Under the pieces are notes generated by a model. It was given only the letters and a program-made list of their open reading frames with translations. It did not search any database and was not told the origin of the DNA. DNA of 64,000 nt. Source: Candidatus Omnitrophota bacterium (GTDB lineage Bacteria > Omnitrophota > Gorgyraeia > Gygaellales > Profunditerraquicolaceae). Where the stretch lies: positions 16,374 to 80,373 of the forward strand of contig JAUYBI010000068.1 of the NCBI GenBank assembly GCA_030693145.1. The letters are read 5' to 3'. Shown one piece after another: positions 22,185 through 33,810 of the stretch; within the stretch, counting starts at the first letter, position 1, and each line of letters begins with the position of its first letter. A program made the position numbers and the translations under genes.

Positions 22185-23765
22185 CTACTGATGGACCCGG
22201 TAATCTATATTCGGAAAGAGGTTGTCTTTATATTCAATATCGGCAAGCCAATTCTCATCAATATGATTAGACTTAACATCTTCATAAAACCGGTTAAATC
22301 TTAAAAGATGGTCTTTAGTGCGGCGCGCTGCATAACTGGTGTGTGTACCGGTGCCTAAAATAAACGCCCAATCCGAACTCTGGGCCAGGAGCAATTCACG
22401 TAAAGCCTGATTCAACGCCCGGCGCTGTAAACCCGCGGCGTTAGGATTATTCCTCACCAGCTCACTCATACGCTCCGAGGCTACATGCAAGTGGCGGTAA
22501 ATCCAATCATTGGTTCCTTGCAGCCACATTTCCGAATACCCTTTATAACCCCAACTGGAGAAAGACGGAGTAATTACCTGATTACGCGGATTCTGATCTA
22601 AATATTCGCTAGGTGTAATCAAACTGATTTCATTCTGGTCACAAGCAATTTTACGGAATAAGAAATCCAACCACATCGGGCCTTCATACCACCAATGGCC
22701 AAAAAGCTCAGCATCATAAGGCGAAACAAGAATCGGCTTCTTACCCATCAGGTCATTAAGATAACTTACTTGTTTCTGACGATTAAACATAAAATTACCC
22801 GCGTGCTCTGCCGAGCGTTCTTTGGCCCACTGCGCAACGTAGGGTTCCTTGTGATTATTGGTACCGGTAATCCGGTAATATTTTATTCCCGTATTAATAC
22901 GAACCCCATCCGGATGAATATAAGGCTTGATATAATCAAACTCCAGGTCAAAACCTGCATCCCGGTAAAATTCCCGGTAATTATAATCGCCAGGATAGCC
23001 TTCGATAGAACTCCAGACCTGCTTGGAGGATTCCAGGTCCCTGCCAAAAGCAGCTACTCCGGTACCTTTACAATAAACCGGAGCAAACACCCCATATTTA
23101 GGACGCGGAGTTCCATGTAATAGGCCATGCGCATCCGTAAAAAAATAACGCAGCCCTGCTTCTTTGAGTATTTCATCGTGTCCCGGGCAAAAACCACACT
23201 CCGGTAACCAAATCCCCCTGGGCCTTCTGCCAAAGGTATTTTCATAATGATCCACGGCCACCTTTACCTGAGCGCGGACCGAATCACGGCAAACATCCAT
23301 CAACGGAAAAAATCCATGGGTAGCCGCGCAGGTAATTATTTCTAATTTTCCTAAATCCTGAAACTTTTTAAAAGCAGCTACCAGATTAGAATTATATTGA
23401 TAGAAAGTATCCCGGGCATGTGAAAATCTGTCAAAATACATCTGGGCCAGATTTTTGAAATCCGGCTGCCATTTTGTTCTCTCTATTTCTTTTTGGGTCA
23501 ATTCGATAAGCTTATTAATATGCTTTAAATAACGCTCCTGCAACAAGGGGTCGGCAAGCATGGAAATAAGCGTGGGGCTTAAGGTCATCGTCATCCGGAA
23601 ATCTATACCATCATTTACTAAGCCCTGAAAAACAGAAATTAGGGGTACATAGGTTTCCGTGATTGCCTCATAAAGCCAATCCTCCTCTAAAAAATTCTCA
23701 TGTTCCGGATGGCGTACGAAAGGCAAATGTCCATGTAAGACTAAACAAAGGTATCCTTTAGGCAT
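22185..23765 (-). CDS. GH57 1,4-alpha-glucan branching enzyme (DUF1957)
   Basis: LHGHLPFV, GIWLPEC, PYDAELFGHWWYEG, LAQSSDWAF. Confidence 0.92.
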   Translation of the reverse strand: MPKGYLCLVLHGHLPFVRHPEHENFLEEDWLYEAITETYVPLISVFQGLVNDGIDFRMTMTLSPTLISMLADPLLQERYLKHINKLIELTQKEIERTKWQPDFKNLAQMYFDRFSHARDTFYQYNSNLVAAFKKFQDLGKLEIITCAATHGFFPLMDVCRDSVRAQVKVAVDHYENTFGRRPRGIWLPECGFCPGHDEILKEAGLRYFFTDAHGLLHGTPRPKYGVFAPVYCKGTGVAAFGRDLESSKQVWSSIEGYPGDYNYREFYRDAGFDLEFDYIKPYIHPDGVRINTGIKYYRITGTNNHKEPYVAQWAKERSAEHAGNFMFNRQKQVSYLNDLMGKKPILVSPYDAELFGHWWYEGPMWLDFLFRKIACDQNEISLITPSEYLDQNPRNQVITPSFSSWGYKGYSEMWLQGTNDWIYRHLHVASERMSELVRNNPNAAGLQRRALNQALRELLLAQSSDWAFILGTGTHTSYAARRTKDHLLRFNRFYEDVKSNHIDENWLADIEYKDNLFPNIDYRVHQ

Positions 23766-23770
23766 TATTT

Positions 23771-24793
23771 TTATTTGGTTTCTCGAGTTACGATTGGAGT
23801 AATGGTGCGCTCTTCTATTTTATCCGCGGAAATTGCCTTAACCGGAATTATCTGTTTTCCATCGGGTAAATAATAACGCAAAGTAAAGGTACCATCCGGC
23901 CTTAATTTGACAGGTAATCCCTGTACGGTTACTAAGGCACTTGGTTCAGTTGCTCCGTAAACAATTAATTCACAATCCACTTTCAGCCAAAAATTTCTTT
24001 CTTTAATCTCATTCTTTACCGGGCTACTGGACAGCCCCGAACTAAACAAGCCTTGCTTTATACGTTCCTGCCAGGCGCCTCCTACCGGTGAGCTTTTACC
24101 CAGGCCAAAACCCATGCCATAAAGCCGGGCAAACATTTCATCAGGTATCATCCATTCTTCATCAGTAATCCAGGATGGGCCATCTAATGGAGTTTGCACG
24201 ACATTAGAGCGTAAAATAGTAATAAACCTGCCATCAGCCAACGCTAACCCTAGATCCACGCACCAAGCGCGTCCCGGGCCGTTCGTATCCACATACCAGC
24301 TATTAGCAAAATCATTAATCTGAATATCAAAAAACCTATGAGCATTAGATCCGTCAAATATAATATTAGTAACGTCATAAACTCTTAAAACTTTTTTCGC
24401 GCTATAGAAATCATCACCTAATTTGCTCTTAACATCCTGGATAGTCTGGTTCCTGAGTTCCCAATAAGCATGCAGCCAACGCGGATCACGAACCTGTAAA
24501 ATAATTTTATCCTGATCATAAAAAGCAGGGAGATCCTGCGGCCTAACCGGGGCAAAACAAGTATTCTCGGAGCGAGAAAATTTTGTATTAACGATAGCTG
24601 TTTCATAGAAGCTGGGAATATCTTTGGACGGCTGCTTAGGGGAAACTCTCTGTAGAGGTGATTTCTTTTTTAATCCAAACTTAAATTTAGATTTTGCTTT
24701 AGAAATAGTTTTCATCAATGCTTCTTTTGATTTTTTTAATATCTTCATTTTCTTCTGCCTCCACCCTATTTCACTTCTTAAGCTTTTTCCCAT
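23771..24793 (-). CDS. DUF4912 domain protein
   Basis: LQVRDP.WLHAYWE, LRVYDVT, RSNVVQTP, ELIVYGATEP; family often found next to GH57. Confidence 0.85.
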   Translation of the reverse strand: MGKSLRSEIGWRQKKMKILKKSKEALMKTISKAKSKFKFGLKKKSPLQRVSPKQPSKDIPSFYETAIVNTKFSRSENTCFAPVRPQDLPAFYDQDKIILQVRDPRWLHAYWELRNQTIQDVKSKLGDDFYSAKKVLRVYDVTNIIFDGSNAHRFFDIQINDFANSWYVDTNGPGRAWCVDLGLALADGRFITILRSNVVQTPLDGPSWITDEEWMIPDEMFARLYGMGFGLGKSSPVGGAWQERIKQGLFSSGLSSSPVKNEIKERNFWLKVDCELIVYGATEPSALVTVQGLPVKLRPDGTFTLRYYLPDGKQIIPVKAISADKIEERTITPIVTRETK

Positions 24794-25175
24794 TTACCAA
24801 AGCCTGCCTTAAATCCTCTTCCAGGGTTTCTTTAAGTTTAGTTACCTTCTCTAACTCTTCTTTTAAACTCATGTTTACCAGCTGATCCTGAAGTAAGGCT
24901 TTTTTAGCTGCCTCCAGAGCCACTTTTAACTCATCTGTCTCATTCTCTTTGGCCTTGGCTTTTTCCTCTAAGGCTGATTTCTCTTGCACATACTTACTTG
25001 TCCTCTCCTCCAGGGCAAGACGCGCAGCCATTTCTTTATCGCGAGCAGCCTTCTGGCGTATCGCGCTATTGCAAGAACTAAGCGTACCAAAAAAGAATAC
25101 CGCCGAGAATACCGCTAAAATTATTACGATGCGGTTTTTTAAAGCCTCATCCATTTTCTTAATTAAATTTCCCAT
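24771..25175 (-). CDS. Membrane-anchored coiled-coil hypothetical protein
   Basis: N-terminal hydrophobic helix (possible lipobox LSSC) followed by a heptad-rich region. Confidence 0.6.
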   Translation of the reverse strand: MGNLIKKMDEALKNRIVIILAVFSAVFFFGTLSSCNSAIRQKAARDKEMAARLALEERTSKYVQEKSALEEKAKAKENETDELKVALEAAKKALLQDQLVNMSLKEELEKVTKLKETLEEDLRQALVNGKKLKK

Positions 25176-25188
25176 TTCGCCCTTTAAC

Positions 25189-25839
25189 TTACTTAAGATT
25201 CTCGCGGGGTTCTTTTAATTCATAAGCACCCGTAGAATTACCCTTAACCTTAGTAATGTTCGGCAAGATCACTATCTCTACCCTGCGATTTTGTTCGCGG
25301 CCATCTTTAGCCTCATTTGAAGCCACGGGGCGATATTCACCATAACCAATCGCCGACAGGCGCTCCGGTGATATTCCCTGATCATTGGCTAAATAATGTA
25401 AAACACTCAAGGCGCGCGCGGAAGAAAGCTCCCAATTGGATTTCCAACCGCTCTGTTTAATCGGGACATTATCCGTGTGGCCTTCTATACCTACGCTAAA
25501 CTGCGCCATATTATCTTTTAATATCCTGGACACCTTAGTGAGCAAGCCAAATGCCTCCGGCCTAATCTTGGCTTTCCCGGAATTAAATAAAAGGTCTCCG
25601 ACGACGGTAATCACCAGCCCCTTCTCCATCATTTGGAGTTTAATCTGTTTGTCATTTATCTCCTGGCTAAGTTTCTCTTCCAACAAAAGCTTGGAACGAG
25701 CAAGCTCATCCAGTTGAGTACTTAACTCTTGAATTTTTTGAGTATCAGAAGATTTGCCGGCTTGAAAAATAAACGTACAACCCGCTAGATTAAAAGTTAT
25801 AAATAAAAACAACACAAATTTAAGAAAATTATTCATCAT
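25189..25839 (-). CDS. OmpA/MotB family peptidoglycan-binding lipoprotein
   Basis: LAGC lipobox, IEGHTD, SNWELSSARA, NRRVEIVI. Confidence 0.9.
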   Translation of the reverse strand: MMNNFLKFVLFLFITFNLAGCTFIFQAGKSSDTQKIQELSTQLDELARSKLLLEEKLSQEINDKQIKLQMMEKGLVITVVGDLLFNSGKAKIRPEAFGLLTKVSRILKDNMAQFSVGIEGHTDNVPIKQSGWKSNWELSSARALSVLHYLANDQGISPERLSAIGYGEYRPVASNEAKDGREQNRRVEIVILPNITKVKGNSTGAYELKEPRENLK

Positions 25840-25958
25840 TTTTCTCTCCTTGGCTTTGGCTATTGCAAGGCCTCTTTACAGCTTTTTGGCCTGTTTCCGA
25901 TTGAAGTTTAAATATAACATAACCTGTTTTATTAGTCAAGTGTTTTATCCTCAAGCAC

Positions 25959-27251
<1,293 letters not shown>

Positions 27252-27254
27252 TCA

Positions 27255-28496
27255 TTACGGCGTCATCGTAAATATCTTATGCGCAATATCCGGATATTTA
27301 GCGATAAAGTTTAACTCGTCATCAACCAGCGGCTTCTGATTATGCACATTAGCATATCTAACCAACTCTAATATACGCGTAGCCTCCGCGTCATCCTTAA
27401 AAGCCACCTCTAGTTTTTCATAAACGTTGCGAAAACCTTTGATCCCGGAATATTCTCCGGCAGTAATCTTTCTGCCGGTTTCAATTATCTCCGGCTCCCC
27501 GCGGCCCAGCTCCTCAAAATCATAAAGCTCATAATTACGCCTGTCCTTTAACGCGCCGTCGGCATGAATCCCGGATTCATGGGCAAAGGCATTGGCTCCT
27601 ACCCCCGGCTGGTTAATCGGGATGGGAACGCCAAAAGCATAGGAAGCATATTTACAAATCTTCCAGGCCATCTTTAAATCCACTTTTTCATCTAACTGAT
27701 AGCCGCTCATTCCCTGGCCGTATTTAATCGCTAAAATTACCGAAACTAAATCCGCATTTCCTGCCCGCTCTCCCATTCCATTTACGCAGGTATTAATATA
27801 GGAATCTTGCCCCGCATCAGCCGCTGCTCTGGCGCCGGCAATAGAGTTAGCCACCACTAATCCTAAATCATTATGGCAGTGCACTTCAATCGGAAGCTGC
27901 ACTTGCTTAGCCAGCGATTCTATTCTTTCGTAAATACTAAAAGGAGTATCCGTGCCTAAAGTATCGCAATAACGAATCCTGTCGGCGCCGGCCTCTTTAG
28001 CTTTAAGGGCAAATTCGATTAAGTATTCTAAATTCGAACGCGAAGCATCCTCGGCATTTACACCAACACCGGTTGCTCCTAGCTTTTTCGCCTCGCTCAC
28101 TGCCTCTTGCATTTCCCGGATTATCGACTGATGATCAAGTTTGCCTTTAAATTTATGCACAATCATCTGGTCGCTGGTAGAGATAGAAAGATTTAAATAT
28201 TTTAAACGCGGCACCAATTTCAAAGCGCCCCTTACGTCATCTTTTGTCGCCCGCAGCCAACCACTTAACCGGATCCTGGAAAATCCGCCCAATTCCGCTA
28301 ATTCCAGGTTGGCATTCAGATAATTTGTCTCATGCCGCGTAAGCGGAAAACCAAACTCCGACTGAAAAACACCCATCTGATCAAGATACCAATTGATCAT
28401 GGTCTTCTGCAGCTTAGAAAGGCAAATGCGCGAAGTCTGCACTCCGTCGCGGTTAGTTACATCCAATAGATAAATCTTTGGTTTATGCGTCATCAT
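27255..28496 (-). CDS. DRE-TIM metallolyase, homocitrate synthase/isopropylmalate synthase family
   Basis: DVTNRDGVQ, HCHNDLG, GERAGNA, HESGIHADG; substrate not resolvable from sequence. Confidence 0.85.
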   Translation of the reverse strand: MMTHKPKIYLLDVTNRDGVQTSRICLSKLQKTMINWYLDQMGVFQSEFGFPLTRHETNYLNANLELAELGGFSRIRLSGWLRATKDDVRGALKLVPRLKYLNLSISTSDQMIVHKFKGKLDHQSIIREMQEAVSEAKKLGATGVGVNAEDASRSNLEYLIEFALKAKEAGADRIRYCDTLGTDTPFSIYERIESLAKQVQLPIEVHCHNDLGLVVANSIAGARAAADAGQDSYINTCVNGMGERAGNADLVSVILAIKYGQGMSGYQLDEKVDLKMAWKICKYASYAFGVPIPINQPGVGANAFAHESGIHADGALKDRRNYELYDFEELGRGEPEIIETGRKITAGEYSGIKGFRNVYEKLEVAFKDDAEATRILELVRYANVHNQKPLVDDELNFIAKYPDIAHKIFTMTP

Positions 28497-28504
28497 CCCC
28501 CCCT

Positions 28505-30235
28505 CTACCTCTTGAGTATTTTTCTAAACTCCTCTTTACCCAGCACACCCCGAAAAGAAAAAATTTCCTGATTATCTAACAGGCAGCTTGTCTCGGAAGG
28601 AATCTGCAATTGCTTATTTAAACTGATATTTTCTCTAAGCAAATTTGTTCCCTCTACCCCTCTGGCGCAACTTTTTACTCCCGAGAAATCCAACCCGCTA
28701 AGACAATCCTCCCAATAGGAGCTCTGGATATTCCTAGACCGGCAGATTAAATAATCCCAGAATTTTTCCGGATAATATTTCTGTACGCACGCCGCGCGTA
28801 AATCTTCCTCCACTTCGGGAATACCATTCTTAGCGTCAAAACCTTCATTCTTCTCGGTGGCCAAAAAATGTAAATCCGGATTAAATTCTTTTACCGTAGT
28901 CAACAATAAAGCAGCATCTTTTTCAAAGATACTAAAAAATAAATCAAAATTCCCCGGCTTTGGTTTTTGATTCAAAAAATAGGATATCCCGCTTGCCTGC
29001 GGTTTAAATACATAGAAATCATTAATTAATTGTAAATCATTTTTAATGCTCTCGAAATTGTCTTCTTTTTCAACTGCCCTAGGAAAAATATACGCCGGTA
29101 GAACTTGAAGCGATAGATCTTTGATCATTTTCTGCGCCGCCGGGCCCGGATAATCTAGGCGTTTTATCGTTAATCCGGGAAACTTCTTTTCCAGCAATTT
29201 TAGAACCGGTTCAAGATTACAAGTAACGCAATCTTTTACATTAATCACAAATAAATCTACTCTATTCGGCTTAGCAAATAAACAGGCGGCATTTAACGCG
29301 CCCGGATTTTGGCAGGTTCCCGTTAAATTACCCTCTTTACAATTAACATCGGAGTAACAGCGCGGCAAGATCCGCGCAATATCAGGATCATCAATAAACT
29401 TAGCGGACAAAGTCAACTCCTCAACCGTGCAATTAAAAAGCTTACCGTCTTGGATTTTCAAAGCTAACTTCCCCAGCTTACGCCCCTGCCAGGTTGGACG
29501 CAGAATAAAAGTTTCCTCGACCTTCGTCAACGCCTCATCCTTTAATGGCCTATCTCCGGCAAAAATTATATCAATACCCTTAACTTTAGAAATTAATTTT
29601 AAATCTTCACTCTCCCCCAGAGTACTCAAGGCAATCACGACTTGCACGCCTGTACTCTTTAAGCGGCTGACTAACTCGCTGAGTTGGTTCGGCGCACTAA
29701 TCTTTAATCCTTCCGCCTTTTGGTTAGCGGATAAACCGGTCAACCCGATAATGGCGATCTTGACCCCAGCGCTATCTTTAATGATATAAGGAACAACTTT
29801 ATCCGTAGCTAAATTAACACTCAAGAAAGCCGGATTATTTTTTTTAGCATTTTTTAAGAAAAACTCTCTGCCAAAATTAAACTCACCCGAGCCGATACCT
29901 ACAGCATCATATTGCATAAGCTCTAAAGCTTTATAATTGACCTCGGAGCGCTGCATATCTAATTGGGTATTCTGAGTATATTCATCCAGCAAACCGCCGG
30001 CGGTAAAATTTCCGCAATCCAGGAGTAAAAGCTGCGGGTCTTTTTTTCTTAGCTCTTTAATTAAACTGGCCCGGCGGGCAATTCCCCCATCCTGTTGAAT
30101 AGGGCAGCTGCAGGGATAAAGCATAGCGTGCGTCTGGCCGCTATAAATTATGGTTATATCTTTAGCATACAAACTGCCTGCCGCAGAAATTAAAAAACAG
30201 AGAATTAAACATAACCTGATTGTAAAATGCTTCAT
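28505..30235 (-). CDS. Secreted 5'-nucleotidase/UshA-like N-domain fused to Cys-rich and thioredoxin-like domains
   Basis: Signal peptide, PCSC...GGIARRA, LLLDCGNF, degenerate GNHE (GSGE), CVTC. Confidence 0.6.
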   Translation of the reverse strand: MKHFTIRLCLILCFLISAAGSLYAKDITIIYSGQTHAMLYPCSCPIQQDGGIARRASLIKELRKKDPQLLLLDCGNFTAGGLLDEYTQNTQLDMQRSEVNYKALELMQYDAVGIGSGEFNFGREFFLKNAKKNNPAFLSVNLATDKVVPYIIKDSAGVKIAIIGLTGLSANQKAEGLKISAPNQLSELVSRLKSTGVQVVIALSTLGESEDLKLISKVKGIDIIFAGDRPLKDEALTKVEETFILRPTWQGRKLGKLALKIQDGKLFNCTVEELTLSAKFIDDPDIARILPRCYSDVNCKEGNLTGTCQNPGALNAACLFAKPNRVDLFVINVKDCVTCNLEPVLKLLEKKFPGLTIKRLDYPGPAAQKMIKDLSLQVLPAYIFPRAVEKEDNFESIKNDLQLINDFYVFKPQASGISYFLNQKPKPGNFDLFFSIFEKDAALLLTTVKEFNPDLHFLATEKNEGFDAKNGIPEVEEDLRAACVQKYYPEKFWDYLICRSRNIQSSYWEDCLSGLDFSGVKSCARGVEGTNLLRENISLNKQLQIPSETSCLLDNQEIFSFRGVLGKEEFRKILKR

Positions 30236-31860
30236 GTCCTAATTACTTTCACCGTTAAAATATTTTCTAATTTTTTTATTTTATCCTGAATTTCCGGGCT
30301 GACCTGATTATCTACGCTCCAGACACTAATGGCTTTATCGCCGGGTTGATTACGGCCCAAGGCCATGGCGGCAATATTTATGTCATTTTTACCCATCAGC
30401 GTTCCTAAGCTTCCGATTAAACCCGGCTTATCCAAGTTACGGATAAAAATCATTTCTCCGACCGGATACAGATCTAAATAATAATCGTCAATTTTAACAA
30501 TCCTGGGCTGTTTATTACCGGAGAGTGTCCCCAGAATAGATTTAGTTTCTTTGTCTGTTTTAAGCTCTAATTGAATAAGATTTACAAATTCGCCTTCCTG
30601 TCCGGATTTTGACTCCAGCAGTTTTATTCCTCTTTCTTTAAGCAAAGATAAGCCATTAACAAAATTAACTGTTTCCTTTAATATCGGTGTAAGTAAGCCC
30701 TTAACTAAAGCCATGGTCACCGGGCTTAAATTATATTTAGTAATCTGGCCGCTATAACTTATGGTCAACTCCAGAAACCTGCCTTCTACTAATTGCGCGG
30801 CAAACATTCCTAATTTCTCTCCTAAATTAATAAAAGGATTAAGCATATCGCAGGCCTCCGCATCCAAGCAAGGATAATTCGCGGCATTCCGGATCCCCTT
30901 CCCTAAGAGCGCATCACGTACAATTTCAGCAACTTCAATAGCTACGTTTATCTGCGCTTCTTCGGTGGATGCGCCAAGATGCGGAGTAGTAATGACATTA
31001 TCCAGTTTTAGCAATTCACTATCCGCGGCCAGCGGCTCAGTTTCAAAAACATCCATCGCTGCCCCGGCCACCTTGCCCTCTTTTACCGCCCTGGCTAAAG
31101 CCGCCTCATCGATAATTCCGCCACGCGCGCAGTTTATAATCCGCACGCCTTTTTTCATTATTCCAAACTCTTTATCTGAAATCATATGCCTGGTCTCCTC
31201 AGTCAAAGGAGTATGCACGGTAATATAGTCAGACTCCAGCAGGACTTTTTTTAATTCTGAGATCTCCACCCCAATGTCCTGGGCTACTTGCGCGGACAGA
31301 AAAGGATCAAATGCCAAAACTTTCATGCCGAATGATTTTGCCCGCTTAGCAACCTCTGAACCAATCCTGCCAAACCCCACAATACCTAAAACCTTGTTAT
31401 ATAATTCCACCCCCATAAATTTAGAACGCTTCCACTCTCCCTTTTTCATCGAGGCATTTGCCTGGGCAATATTCCTGGATAAAGTCAAAATCAGGCTAAA
31501 GGTATGTTCCGCGGTAGAAATCGTATTTCCACCCGGGGTATTCATGACGATAATCCCTTTTTGCGTAGCCGCTTCCAAATCTACATTATCCAGGCCAACA
31601 CCGGCCCGGCCGATAACCTTGAGCTTAACTGCCGCCTGAATTACCTCTTTGGTTACTTTCGTCGCGCTGCGCACCACCAAAGCATCATAATCCTTAATAA
31701 TTTCTTTTAAGGCCTCTGGTTTTAGGTCTGTTTTTACATCCACGCTTAATTCCTTGGAATCTTTAAATACCTTTAAACCTTCCTCACTTAATGCATCGCT
31801 AACTAAAATCCTGATCATTTTATCTTTCACTCCTTGTGTAGTGACACAACACCGGCGCAA
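30232..31860 (-). CDS. serA: D-3-phosphoglycerate dehydrogenase
   Basis: GRAGVGLDNVD, GFGRIG, NCARGG, TPHLGAST.EAQ, ASB and ACT domains; true start probably MIRILV (~31818). Confidence 0.96.
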   Translation of the reverse strand: MRRCCVTTQGVKDKMIRILVSDALSEEGLKVFKDSKELSVDVKTDLKPEALKEIIKDYDALVVRSATKVTKEVIQAAVKLKVIGRAGVGLDNVDLEAATQKGIIVMNTPGGNTISTAEHTFSLILTLSRNIAQANASMKKGEWKRSKFMGVELYNKVLGIVGFGRIGSEVAKRAKSFGMKVLAFDPFLSAQVAQDIGVEISELKKVLLESDYITVHTPLTEETRHMISDKEFGIMKKGVRIINCARGGIIDEAALARAVKEGKVAGAAMDVFETEPLAADSELLKLDNVITTPHLGASTEEAQINVAIEVAEIVRDALLGKGIRNAANYPCLDAEACDMLNPFINLGEKLGMFAAQLVEGRFLELTISYSGQITKYNLSPVTMALVKGLLTPILKETVNFVNGLSLLKERGIKLLESKSGQEGEFVNLIQLELKTDKETKSILGTLSGNKQPRIVKIDDYYLDLYPVGEMIFIRNLDKPGLIGSLGTLMGKNDINIAAMALGRNQPGDKAISVWSVDNQVSPEIQDKIKKLENILTVKVIRT

Positions 31861-31945
31861 TACCGCTTAGCGCCGGGTGTCTCATGTAGTGACACCTGCC
31901 TACCGGCAGGCAGGCAACACCGGCGCAATACAAATTAGCGGAGTG
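31843..31945. repeat. Family E palindromes plus a CCTGCCTACCGGCAGGCAGG element
   Basis: Units match 17290-17372. Confidence 0.7.
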
Positions 31946-31947
31946 CC

Positions 31948-33102
31948 TTATTTTAGAAATACCTCTTCGGCTGCCCTAATACCTGCGCCTAAAATAAATT
32001 TATAGCCCATTTGCGTAAGTACTTTTTCCAGGCAGGACAACCCCATAATAATATCAGGTTCAGCAATAAACCCCATATGCGCAATACGAAAAACTTTACC
32101 CTTAAGCTCATCCTGGCCGCCGGCAATCGTCACGCCATAAGTATCGCGCATGGTTTTAACTAATTTTTCACCATCAATACCCGCAGGTACCTTGACGGCC
32201 GTCACCCCATCCGAAGCTGCCAACGGGGCAAATAACTCTAAACCCAGCGCCTGCATCGCGGACCGGGTGGCATCCGCCATGACCCGATGACGCTTAAATA
32301 TATTTTCCAGGCCATCCTGCCGCATCATTTTTAAAGCTTCATTTAAAGCGATAACCAAAGTAATTGAAGATGTGAACGGTGTGTCATTTTTATCTAAGGC
32401 CTTCTTGGCCTTTCTTAAATCCAAATAATAACGGCTAGACTTGGAAGCCTCCACTAATTTCCAGGCGCGGGCGCTAAGCGAAATAAAACCTAGCCCCGGA
32501 GGCAGCATCAGGCCTTTCTGCGATCCGGCAACCACCACATCCACCCCCCAGGCATCAGTTTTTAAATCTACCGCTCCCAGGCCGCTTATCGCATCTACCA
32601 CTAAAACCGCAGAGCTTTCTTTGACCACCGCGGCAATTGCCCGGATATCATTATCCACGCCGGTAGAAGTTTCGCATAAAGTCGTAAATACCGCTTTTAT
32701 CTGCGGGTTAGATTTTAATTTTTTACTTATTTCTTCCGGGCTTACGGCTTTTCCCCACTCCACATTAATGATCTCAGGGATAATCCCATAAGCCTTGGCA
32801 ATCTCCGTCCATCTTTCTCCGAATTTACCGCCTTGAACCACCAAAGCAGTATCACCGCCAGAAAGTAAATTGATTACCGCTGCCTCCATCGCTCCGGTTC
32901 CTGAAGAAGAGATAATAAAAACATCGTTGGCCGTCTGAAACGCCCATTTTAACCCCAGGCTTGCCTCTTTTAGAATTTCCTGAAACTGCGGCGTACGGTG
33001 GTGAATAATCGGTTTGGCCATCGCCAAACTTACTTGAGGTGGTAAAGGGGTTGGGCCCGGAGTTAACAAATATTCCTTTTTCATCGTGATTTCTCCTGTC
33101 AT
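31948..33102 (-). CDS. Class V PLP aminotransferase (serine-pyruvate/alanine-glyoxylate family; likely SerC substitute)
   Basis: LLTPGPT, SSGTGAMEA, VDAISG, GSQKGLMLPPG, FRIAHMG; directly upstream of serA. Confidence 0.9.
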   Translation of the reverse strand: MTGEITMKKEYLLTPGPTPLPPQVSLAMAKPIIHHRTPQFQEILKEASLGLKWAFQTANDVFIISSSGTGAMEAAVINLLSGGDTALVVQGGKFGERWTEIAKAYGIIPEIINVEWGKAVSPEEISKKLKSNPQIKAVFTTLCETSTGVDNDIRAIAAVVKESSAVLVVDAISGLGAVDLKTDAWGVDVVVAGSQKGLMLPPGLGFISLSARAWKLVEASKSSRYYLDLRKAKKALDKNDTPFTSSITLVIALNEALKMMRQDGLENIFKRHRVMADATRSAMQALGLELFAPLAASDGVTAVKVPAGIDGEKLVKTMRDTYGVTIAGGQDELKGKVFRIAHMGFIAEPDIIMGLSCLEKVLTQMGYKFILGAGIRAAEEVFLK

Positions 33103-33158
33103 TCCCGCAAAAACGGGAATCTATTTTTTTTCTAGATCCCCACTTTCGTGGGGATGAC
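33098..33158. repeat. REP-like doublet, family B (GTCATTCCCGC...GGGAATC...GATCCCC...GGGGATGAC)
   Basis: Copies at 51376-51424 and 51894-51952; overlaps the clpP 3' end. Confidence 0.8.
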
Positions 33159-33810
33159 GCTTCGCGTCACTTTTTTTAGCTTCCGGTAAAATTACCTCAT
33201 CAATCAAACCATAATCTTTTGATTCCTGAGCGGACATAAAATAATCCCGGTCCGTATCTTTTTGTATTTTGTCTAACGACTGGCCGGTATGATGCGACAA
33301 GATCTCATTAATCCGGTCGCGCAGCTTTAAAATTTCTTTAGCCTGAATAGAAATATCCGCGGCCGCTCCCTGTACCCCGCCCCATGGCTGATGAATCATC
33401 ACTCTGGAATTAGGAAGCACAAAACGCTTTCCCTTAGAGCCTGCCGATAATAAAAGTGCCCCCATGCTCGCTGCCTGGCCCACGCAATAGGTGGCGACAT
33501 CGCATTTTATAAATTGCATGGTATCGTATATCGCCAACCCCGCAGTAACCGAGCCGCCGGGTGAATTAATATAAACATTAATATCTTTATCCTTATCTTC
33601 CATTTGTAAAAAAAGCAGCTGGGCAATCACTAAATTTGCCACATAATCATCAATGGGAGTACCGATAAATAAAATCCGGTCTTTTAGCAGGCGTGAATAG
33701 ATATCGTAGGCACGTTCAAAACCCCGGGTAGTCTGCTCAATGACCATGGGAACCAATGTCTGCATTTTTGTCTGCATATTACCCTCCGTTATTAAGAAGT
33801 TGGCTGCCAA
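33121..33810 (-). CDS. clpP: ATP-dependent Clp protease proteolytic subunit
   Basis: [35 protein letters not shown]. Confidence 0.97.
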   Translation of the reverse strand: MAANFLITEGNMQTKMQTLVPMVIEQTTRGFERAYDIYSRLLKDRILFIGTPIDDYVANLVIAQLLFLQMEDKDKDINVYINSPGGSVTAGLAIYDTMQFIKCDVATYCVGQAASMGALLLSAGSKGKRFVLPNSRVMIHQPWGGVQGAAADISIQAKEILKLRDRINEILSHHTGQSLDKIQKDTDRDYFMSAQESKDYGLIDEVILPEAKKSDAKRHPHESGDLEKK

